A stretch of 42,503 bases of DNA from a virus (lineage: Duplodnaviria; Heunggongvirae; Uroviricota; Caudoviricetes), in the IMG/VR virus record IMGVR_UViG_3300046047_000272; one strand, written 5' to 3'. The notes beneath the pieces are model-generated. The model did not search any database, was not told the origin of the DNA, and saw nothing but the letters and a program-made list of their open reading frames with translations. Positions within the stretch are counted from its first letter, which is position 1. Every line of letters begins with the position of its first letter. A program made the translations under genes and the position numbers. This document shows, one piece after another, positions 1 through 6,653 of the stretch.

Positions 1-146
1 ATCTGGTAAGAGGTACGAGTGGTCTGGCGTGGTGCGTGATGATCTGGTTCAATCCCAGCGTCTACGTGATATGAAGATATTCATATTCGTGGGTATTGGT
101 TAAGCGCGCCACGTATACCGGTTCGATTCCGATACGTACTCCGAAT

Positions 147-229
147 GCCCTTATGGTTGGAATTGGTAGACACGGCCGACTTAAAATCGGCTTCCGTAAG
201 GAATCTCGGTTCGAGTCCGAGTAAGGGCA
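147..229 (+). tRNA. tRNA-Leu(TAA)
   Basis: Acceptor GCCCTTA/TAAGGGC, loop CT-TAA-AA, long variable arm, T-loop TTCGAGT. Confidence 0.93.
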
Positions 230-337
230 CTGAGTTGCTGGCAACCAGCTTTAGTCGAAAGACAGTCTGCCCGGTAACCCTCTCATAATGTTTGTTCTAA
301 AACGAGGAGCAATGACTTTGAGAGGAACCGTTCGTTT

Positions 338-409
338 ACGGGTATAGTTCATCGGTCAGAACACTTCTCTGATACAGAAGAAAGGATAGTTCAATTCTAT
401 CTACCCGTA
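338..409 (+). tRNA. tRNA-Ile(GAT)
   Basis: Acceptor ACGGGTA/TACCCGT, loop CT-GAT-AC. Confidence 0.9.
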
Positions 410-410
410 C

Positions 411-482
411 GCCTTAGTAGCTCAGAGGAAGAGCATCTGTCTCTTAAACAGAGGGTCGAGATATCATAATTCTCCTGAGGCA
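411..482 (+). tRNA. tRNA-Lys(CTT), non-canonical T-loop
   Basis: Acceptor GCCTTAG/CTGAGGC, loop CT-CTT-AA; T arm GAGA-TATCATAAT-TCTC lacks TTCRA. Confidence 0.8.
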
Positions 483-602
483 CGAAACCGATCTGCAGCT
501 CGGTTTTGGACTGGTGTCCGGATCAAAGTGAAGTGAAACTCTTCAAACAGCGGGGTTCGATTCCCCAATGTACGCGAGTATAACGCATTGACCCACCTTT
601 AT

Positions 603-683
603 GGTGCATTCGCATAGCGGCAATTGCGGCTGGCTGTAAACCAGCTCCCACCGGGTTCGAGGGTTCGAGTCCCCCATGCACCA
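603..683 (+). tRNA. tRNA-Tyr(GTA)
   Basis: GGTGCAT/ATGCACC, loop CT-GTA-AA, long variable arm. Confidence 0.92.
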
Positions 684-945
684 CGAGCTGCATGATCTCG
701 CAGCTATACGTTGATGTTACTATATAAGGATTGATTATCCGAGTATGGTTCTCAACAGGGGATCCTTCAACATCGTATCGTGATGGACACCATGATACGA
801 TAGAGTATATAGTTAACCGCTTGATGTGATGTAATCAATGATTACAACATCAAGTTACATAAATCCTGTCCTCAAATGATCGAGAACGATCTCGCCCATG
901 GAGAACCATGATGATGACGAAGCCCTAATCAAGCAACGTCAACAT

Positions 946-1016
946 ACGCCTATGGTGTAGTGGTAACACAAGAGCTTCCAAACCTCTTGACTTGGGTTCG
1001 ATTCCTGGTGGGCGTA
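946..1016 (+). tRNA. tRNA-Trp(CCA)
   Basis: ACGCCTA/TGGGCGT, loop TT-CCA-AA, C31-C39 mismatch. Confidence 0.82.
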
Positions 1017-1037
1017 CTTTGTCAACACTTGTTGACA

Positions 1038-1096
1038 GGAATCTTGGTGTGAACCATGCTGTTAGCATGGTCATGGGTTCGATTCCCATGATTCCA
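1038..1096 (+). ncRNA. D-armless tRNA-Asn(GTT)-like RNA
   Basis: GGAATC/GATTCC, perfect anticodon arm CCATG-CTGTTAG-CATGG, T arm ATGGG-TTCGATT-CCCAT; only ~10 nt where the D arm should be. Confidence 0.65.
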
Positions 1097-1353
1097 CGTG
1101 TGTCATCGTGCAGCCACTAATAGTGGAAATAGCGGACCATGCTTGATAACCATGGGACATCGGGTTCCTCGTCGCACGCTTCAACATCACATCGAATTGG
1201 ATGGAATATCGTATTGATGGAGTAGAAGTCAACTGCCTGTTACTGTGGTTAAGACCATACCTCAGGTTCTATAAACACTATCCTCGCTGACTGAGAACAG
1301 TCTCGTTCATGGAGTATCATGATACAGTCATGGAACTATCATCCATGACTTAT

Positions 1354-1426
1354 GGTCTCATAGAGCAACGGTTACCTCGTCTCCCTCTCAAGGAGAAGAT
1401 TGCGGGTTCGATTCCCGCTGAGACTA
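1354..1426 (+). tRNA. tRNA-Glu(CTC)
   Basis: GGTCTCA/TGAGACT, loop CT-CTC-AA. Confidence 0.92.
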
Positions 1427-1522
1427 CGGAGGTCCTGCGTATCGTCGGCGTAATTACCCGATGATGCAAAGGAACGTTCTCTGGCGCCGTCAGCCTGATC
1501 ACCTGATGGCATCAGGATAAAC

Positions 1523-1594
1523 AACCCATTAGTGACACTGGTTAGAATAGGCCCGTGGGAGGGTCAGAACCGGGTTCAATTCCCGGATGGGGCA
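1523..1594 (+). pseudogene. degenerate tRNA-Pro(TGG)-like
   Basis: T arm CCGGG-TTCAATT-CCCGG; anticodon stem GGCCC/GGGTC with 6-nt loop GTGGGA; mismatched acceptor end. Confidence 0.55.
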
Positions 1595-1653
1595 TTAATC
1601 TTTTTCATAATGGCATTCTAATACGTGATTGCATGTTTCGGAATGTTATGCAT

Positions 1654-1725
1654 GCCTTGATAGCACAATGGCTCGTGCGACTGTTTAGTAAGCAGTTGAT
1701 CTTAGTTCGATTCTAAGTCAAGGCT
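1654..1725 (+). tRNA. tRNA-Thr(AGT), A34
   Basis: GCCTTGA/TCAAGGC, loop TT-AGT-AA, U73. Confidence 0.88.
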
Positions 1726-1929
1726 CGCAACGTGAGTACATATTGATATCACATAGCTCATTCAAATAGTCTAATCAGCGTTTAGTGAGAATGAGTCGGA
1801 TCATCAGGAAGCGCTGATAATGATGGTTATCATCGTTGCACGTTTAATCAGGGGGCGACGAACCCTGCGGTGATGGCATGGGATACTAGATTGAGTGCCA
1901 TCTCAATTCATCTCCGTAAAGGATGATAT

Positions 1930-2002
1930 GGCCGCGTAGTTCAGGGGTAAGAACGCTTGCTTGTCACGCAAGAGGTCACCGGTTCAATTCCGGTCGTGGT
2001 CG
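1930..2002 (+). tRNA. tRNA-Asp(GTC)
   Basis: GGCCGCG/CGTGGTC, loop TT-GTC-AC, G73. Confidence 0.93.
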
Positions 2003-2004
2003 CT

Positions 2005-2089
2005 GTGTACAAGGTCGATATGGTTTGCGACATCAGGTTGTGACCCTGATGGGAGTTATCCCATGCGGGTTCGAGTCCCGTTGTACACC
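2005..2089 (+). tRNA. tRNA-His(GTG) with long variable arm
   Basis: GTGTACA/TGTACAC, loop TT-GTG-AC, C73, variable hairpin TGGGA-GTTA-TCCCA; base at -1 is T, not G. Confidence 0.82.
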
Positions 2090-2091
2090 CC

Positions 2092-2174
2092 GCCCCTATG
2101 GTTGGAATTGGTAGACACGACCGCCTCAAAAGCGGTTTCCGCAAGGAATCTCGGTTCAAGTCCGAGTGGGGGTA
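2092..2174 (+). tRNA. tRNA-Leu(CAA)
   Basis: GCCCCTA/TGGGGGT, loop CT-CAA-AA; paralog of the gene at 147. Confidence 0.93.
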
Positions 2175-2232
2175 CGAGTCATCGAATGAGATGCTCTAGA
2201 ACTGGTTGACCCAATATGATCGATCAGTCTTT

Positions 2233-2306
2233 GCCTTCTTAGCCCAATTGGTAGAGGCGATAGGTTTAGGTCCTATTCAGTGAGAGTTCGAGTCTCTTAG
2301 AAGGTA
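2233..2306 (+). tRNA. tRNA-Leu(TAG), short variable loop
   Basis: GCCTTCT/AGAAGGT, loop TT-TAG-GT, variable region only TCAGT. Confidence 0.88.
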
Positions 2307-2363
2307 CTGGTGTATGGTGTATTCCGTATGCTTACATGTGAATGGTGACAGGATCATGTGTTA

Positions 2364-2512
2364 GGGGTGTTTGATGGTGAATAGCAGAGGTTAACCGTTC
2401 TGCTGGGCATCATATGGTCAATAGTGTTTGAGATTGGTTATCCAAGCCAGAAACGCGGGGTGAGTCCATTAGGACTCACGCTCGAAGCACGGTTCGAATC
2501 CGTGCCGCTCCA
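2364..2512 (+). ncRNA. ~150-nt RNA with an Ala-type tRNA-like end (G3-U70, A73)
   Basis: 5' GGGGTG pairs with 3' CGCTCC-A; T arm GCACGG-TTCGAAT-CCGTGC; internal hairpins GCAGA..TCTGC and GTGAGTCC-ATTA-GGACTCAC. Confidence 0.5.
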
Positions 2513-2691
2513 CGTAAGCGTTGAAACGGTCGTATTCGTGATGTATCTATTCATCATGAAAGGCTCACTAGACGTGATGATTGCTGTAGCCACGGCAGGC
2601 AGTCATCTACAATTACTTGCTGGTGATTAGAGTTCAGGCACCTGTTGGTCTATGACCTTAGAGGGGTGCGCTGGCTCCACCAGCATCATAT

Positions 2692-2763
2692 GGCCACGGA
2701 GCCTGACGGTAAGGCGTCTCCCTGTCGAGGAGAGGACAGCGGGTCCAACTCCCGTCGTGGTCG
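2692..2763 (+). tRNA. tRNA-Asp(GTC), second copy
   Basis: GGCCACG/CGTGGTC, loop CT-GTC-GA, T-loop TCCAACT (C55). Confidence 0.85.
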
Positions 2764-3115
2764 CGTAGCGTCTGATCTACATCGGTGTCGACTGATAAGG
2801 AAAGGGTGACGAACCCTAATGCGGATGCTGGTGTATCGGAGACGTTCGATACTCTAACGAGATTGCACTCGTTGGGATTCAGTCTGGCTGACCGTGCTGG
2901 ATGCGCGTTGAGGTTCGATTCCTCTTTGAGACTCTAGTCGTGGAACTGGCGGCATGGATGTATACCCATGCTGGGAATCTTGATGACGTCGTTCACCAAG
3001 ATTGAGGAAAGGCCACCTCGTATCACTGTTAGAAAGGCATTGATAGTACACGACATGATGAGATACAGAATCATAATACATCAATATGCTCCTTCTAGAG
3101 CTATTTGAACATAAT

Positions 3116-3199
3116 GGATGGTAGGCTGAGCGGCTAAAGCGCCTCACTGCTAATGAGGTTCGGTTCACACCGTGGCGGGTTCGACCCCCGCACCATCCG
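3116..3199 (+). tRNA. tRNA-Ser(GCT)
   Basis: GGATGGT/ACCATCC, loop CT-GCT-AA, long arm, G73. Confidence 0.93.
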
Positions 3200-3259
3200 C
3201 GTAGGACATGATTAGAAGCAATGAATCATGTTTGCTGGTGTCCTGATAAGGATTCCAGT

Positions 3260-3377
3260 CCTGAATGAGTGACAGGTGGTGGACAATAACTACGTCCTTG
3301 CGGGTTCGAATCTCGCCCAATCTCCGTGGGGATTGGCCGTGCAGCATAGGAGAGCAGTCGCTTCTCACTCACTCAGG
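3260..3377 (+). ncRNA. YrlA-type Y RNA candidate (circularly permuted tRNA mimic)
   Basis: Terminal stem CCTGAATGAGTGA/TCACTCACTCAGG; inside, T arm GCGGG-TTCGAAT-CTCGC, then closed acceptor-like hairpin CCAATCTCC-GT-GGGGATTGG, then D-loop-like GCAGCATAGGAGAGC; Ro60 gene in the same island. Confidence 0.7.
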
Positions 3378-3384
3378 TTTCAAT

Positions 3385-3448
3385 GGTCTCAATTGGTAGT
3401 ATTCCTGATGTTCCATCAAACGACGAGGTTCGATTCCTCGTGAGACTA
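3385..3448 (+). ncRNA. degenerate tRNA-Glu(TTC)-like RNA
   Basis: Same acceptor as the gene at 1354 (GGTCTCA/TGAGACT-A), intact T arm, no D stem, TGATG-TTC-CATCA hairpin. Confidence 0.5.
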
Positions 3449-3585
3449 CGAGGGGTATGGCAACAGTCGCCTCAAGGTCAACCTGGCTCAAGTGGTTATT
3501 AACTTAATCAACTCAGGTTGTTATGCCCGTACAATGTCGTTGCTCGTTCGATGAGAACCTCGTGCTAGCGGGAAAGCCGCCATGT

Positions 3586-3657
3586 GGCCTGTTCTTTCAC
3601 CGGTTAGGAAAGGTGTCTTATAAACACTTAAAGATTGTTCAACTCAATCACAGGCTA
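3586..3657 (+). tRNA. tRNA-Ile(TAT)
   Basis: GGCCTGT/ACAGGCT, loop CT-TAT-AA, A73. Confidence 0.83.
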
Positions 3658-3752
3658 CGATGTCCATAAGTGCCTTCACAAGCTACGTTCTGAGAGATCA
3701 AATGCTCATAAGTAATCATTCCTTGTTCACAGAACATCTTGTGGGCACGTTT

Positions 3753-3836
3753 GCATCCGTGGTGAAATGGTAAACACAATGGCTTCAGAAGCCATCGTCC
3801 ATCATGGACTTGCCTGTTCGAGTCAGGCCGGATGCA
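3753..3836 (+). tRNA. tRNA-Leu(CAG)
   Basis: GCATCCG/CGGATGC, loop TT-CAG-AA, long arm. Confidence 0.93.
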
Positions 3837-3846
3837 CGTTGGAAAT

Positions 3847-3917
3847 GTCTTAATAGCTCAGAGGAAGAGCACTTGGAAAGCAACAAGTACGCGGGATATC
3901 GTCATTCTCTTAAGACA
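3847..3917 (+). ncRNA. paralog of tRNA-Lys(CTT) at 411 with a scrambled 8-nt anticodon loop
   Basis: Perfect acceptor GTCTTAA/TTAAGAC, same D arm AGCTCAGAGGAAGAGCA, T arm GGGATATCGTCATTCTC; loop GAAAGCAA. Confidence 0.65.
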
Positions 3918-4171
3918 CTGGGTAATGAAGCGTAATCACCGTTATGAGTGACATCATGACGATAGGATAAGGTAATCACGCACGTAGTCATCACGCCGAT
4001 AAGAATGACCGTCTATAGGGTGTAGGAGTATCGTACCGAGCGGTAAACCCTGTGATTGTTCACACTCGTTCAATGTGAACAATGATACCATCGTCATATG
4101 GTGTCAGCAGTTGGAATACTGAAGGGAAGCGATGATCGTCGAAGTACAAGACGGAAGAGTTTCCCGTTTAT

Positions 4172-4245
4172 GCCGTCATAGCTCAATTGGCCAGAGCGCA
4201 GAGTTGAAGCCTCTGAGGTTGTCCGTTCGATGCGGACTGTCGGCA
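4172..4245 (+). tRNA. tRNA-Phe(GAA)
   Basis: GCCGTCA/TGTCGGC, loop TT-GAA-GC. Confidence 0.9.
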
Positions 4246-4530
4246 CGATGATTGCACGTTGTAGGCATAAGCTTTTCACTCGTGTAGTGCAGTCTCACTG
4301 ATTATCAGGCCTAACAGTGCGTTGCCCGGCGTTAACGGGTAGGCGGAGCATTCCTATATCAGTATGATCTATTCGACGATTGATAATATAATGTAATTTT
4401 TACATTATTATCATGGCATCATATAAATGATTAGGAATAGTACGAACGATACTAGAATCGCTCATTGTAATGGATGTACGTCTAAGTGACGTTAAACGGA
4501 CTGCATGATGGCTTTGAATCATGCAGTCTA
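4246..4530 (+). ncRNA. unidentified structured RNA, copy 1
   Basis: Homologous to 5063-5308 with compensatory changes in four helices. Confidence 0.65.
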
Positions 4531-4531
4531 T

Positions 4532-4605
4532 GCCGTAATAGCTCAATTGGCAAGAGCGCTGAGCTGAAGCCTCAGAGGTTGTCCGTTCGACCCGGACTGT
4601 CGGCA
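4532..4605 (+). tRNA. tRNA-Phe(GAA), second copy
   Basis: GCCGTAA/TGTCGGC, loop CT-GAA-GC. Confidence 0.88.
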
Positions 4606-4804
4606 CTGGTTGTGAAACCCGGATACGATGCTAGCTATGATGGCAGTGGGGACAAGAAGTAGATCCGGGGACGTGAGCGTCCGTCCGATTTGACGTTCAG
4701 CCGTGGATGATAGCAGTTCCGTAACCAGCGGAAAGTCCTCGATGCATGGTGCCATTCTAACCATGCCAGAAGCCTTCGGTTGACGCATCTAATCAATGCG
4801 GGCT

Positions 4805-4889
4805 GACCTTGCGGATGGATCGCCCCGTTGAATCACATTCGACATATGGGAAGGGCTTCAATAGACGGGTTCGAATCCCGTCTAGGTCA
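4805..4889 (+). ncRNA. tRNA-like RNA with an elongated anticodon-position hairpin
   Basis: GACCTTG/CTAGGTC-A, T arm ACGGG-TTCGAAT-CCCGT, hairpin GTTGAAT-CAC-ATTCGAC. Confidence 0.45.
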
Positions 4890-4977
4890 TGCTGATAGGG
4901 AGATAAGGGGTCTCCTGCCGTGCTCCATCACGGTGTAGGCAAGATCCTGCAGGATCTTGCTGGCATGGCCGATTCAT

Positions 4978-5062
4978 GTCCATATGGCGAAATGAGGTAG
5001 ACGCACCAGTTTAAGGAGCTGGCGGCCATACGACCGTGCAGGTTCGATTCCTGCTGTGGACA
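4978..5062 (+). tRNA. tRNA-Leu(AAG), A34, long arm
   Basis: GTCCATA/TGTGGAC, loop TT-AAG-GA. Confidence 0.9.
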
Positions 5063-5308
5063 CGATGATCACACGTTGTAGGCATAAGCTATTCACTCGT
5101 GTAGTGTGGTCTCATCACCATCAAGTCTCAGTGGTGCGTGGCCAGGCGTCATCTGGTTGGCGGAGCATCTCCAATTGGTATGGATATAACCACACGTTCA
5201 TACGTAAAGGATTGGAGTATCAAGAATTAGTATACTGATTCACCCTATAGAGTAATACGTCTCATGACGGTAAACTGGTTGCATGATGACTTGAATCATG
5301 CAATCTAT
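5063..5308 (+). ncRNA. unidentified structured RNA, copy 2
   Basis: Homologous to 4246-4530 with compensatory changes. Confidence 0.65.
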
Positions 5309-5381
5309 GTGGTCTATAGCTCAACGGTTAGAGCGATGGTCTGTGGCACCATAGATTCGGGTTCGATTCCCGATAGTCCAA
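5309..5381 (+). tRNA. tRNA-His(GTG), second copy
   Basis: Loop CT-GTG-GC; acceptor (G)TGGTCTA/TAGTCCA with a T-T mismatch; A rather than C at 73. Confidence 0.75.
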
Positions 5382-5402
5382 CGTTATCATAGTGATAATT
5401 AT

Positions 5403-5489
5403 GGTTGATTGTCCGAGTGGCTGAAGGAACTTGTCCCGAAAACAAGTATAGGTGACAACCTATCGGGGGTTCGAATCCCTCATCAACCG
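5403..5489 (+). tRNA. tRNA-Ser(CGA), C33
   Basis: GGTTGAT/ATCAACC, CTTGT-CC-CGA-AA-ACAAG, long arm, G73. Confidence 0.87.
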
Positions 5490-5701
5490 CGACGTGCTTC
5501 CAACATGCTTACAACATGTGGAGGGCTGCACAGGCTTGTAAGGCCGTGGTGCGGCGCGACAGTGAAGTGGTAGCTGGCACAGAACGCGAAAGCGAGTAGG
5601 TTCCGTTTGCGGGTGCGTCTCGCGAACAGATGTTCTCATTTTGAGGATATCGCACCCTGGTACGACGGTAGCTAATAGTTATCCGCACCGCTGGGGATCA
5701 T

Positions 5702-5788
5702 GGTTGATTGTCCGAGTGGCCGATGGAGCTTGTCTTGAAAACAAGTATAGGTGCAAGCCTATCGGGGGTTCGAATCCCCCATCAACCG
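5702..5788 (+). tRNA. tRNA-Ser(TGA)
   Basis: Paralog of 5403; loop CT-TGA-AA. Confidence 0.92.
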
Positions 5789-5817
5789 CGATGATCGTGA
5801 TGATGACTATCACGATG

Positions 5818-5892
5818 GCCGTCATAGCTCAATTGGATAGAGCATCTGACTATTAGAATCAGGGGATCGTGGGTTCGAATCCTACAACGGCA
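5818..5892 (+). ncRNA. paralog of tRNA-Arg(ACG) at 8663 with a 9-nt anticodon loop
   Basis: Shares AATTGGATAGAGCATCTGACTA and 3' flank CACTCATG with 8663; loop CTATTAGAA; acceptor 3' strand one base short. Confidence 0.6.
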
Positions 5893-6048
5893 CTCATGTT
5901 TACAAGAGTAAGGCGGGTTATTGATGGCACCGTCATGGCATCAATGACCATGATCACCAGTGACTGGGATTCCAGTGCACATCAGTGGTGACCAGCCTGC
6001 TATGGTATCATGGCAAGGGGATGAGTCAGACGGAAGACTATCCTGTTT

Positions 6049-6135
6049 GGTCGATTGTCCGAGTGGCTGATGGAGCTTGTCTAGAAAACAAGTATAGGTG
6101 CAAGCCTATCGGGGGTTCGAATCCCTCATCGACCG
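6049..6135 (+). tRNA. tRNA-Ser(AGA), A34
   Basis: GGTCGAT/ATCGACC, loop CT-AGA-AA; paralog of 5403 and 5702. Confidence 0.9.
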
Positions 6136-6267
6136 CGTTTGCAATAGGTGTGGTAGGAGGGAAAATGGGTTTGTAGCTCATAGGTTAACCTACCTGTAAA
6201 TCCTATTGTAAGCATGTTCTCATAGGTATCAAGGATGAGGGCATGATCACAGTAATCTTGATACTAT

Positions 6268-6350
6268 TGTGCGTTTGCAGAGTGGTAAATGCGGCTGGCC
6301 GTAACCCAGCTCTTATTGCAAGTACGGGGGTTCGAATCCCTCACGCACAA
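6268..6350 (+). tRNA. tRNA-Tyr(GTA), C33
   Basis: TGTGCGT/ACGCACA, GCTGG-CC-GTA-AC-CCAGC, long arm. Confidence 0.85.
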
Positions 6351-6361
6351 CGATGATTCAT

Positions 6362-6434
6362 GGGGGCGCATGTTCCTGGGCGGCGATTCTCCCTCGCACG
6401 GAGAATGTGATGGGTTCAAATCCCATCGCCTCCA
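6362..6434 (+). tRNA. tRNA-Ala(CGC)
   Basis: GGGGGCG/CGCCTCC with G3-U70, loop CT-CGC-AC; weak D stem. Confidence 0.85.
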
Positions 6435-6448
6435 CCCAGTATCATCAT

Positions 6449-6524
6449 CGTGGGGTAGCTCAAGTCAGGTTAGAGCGCATGATTCATATCCATGAGGTTG
6501 ATGGTTCAAATCCATCCTCCACGA
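6449..6524 (+). tRNA. tRNA with CAT anticodon (Met or Ile2 unresolved)
   Basis: CGTGGGG/CTCCACG, loop TT-CAT-AT. Confidence 0.82.
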
Positions 6525-6653
6525 CGACATGGTCACCAGTTCTCTGGTGCTCATGTGAACAATATTAGCACATCTCTGATAATATGATTATGACGCATTA
6601 TCGTATTGATGTTATATCTTTCATGCATGTTCATATGATTGAGGAGTTATACG

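Noticed and set aside
4725-4745. GGAAAGTCC as RNase P RNA conserved region I
   Set aside because: No matching P4 partner strand or CR-V (ACAGAA..CGGCTTA) found downstream.
4607-4804. Group I intron
   Set aside because: P, Q, R, S-like strings are not in the right order, and no interrupted host gene is evident.
5515-5660. RNase P RNA call for the 5495-5700 RNA
   Set aside because: Only loose specificity-domain resemblance; catalytic-domain motifs are absent.
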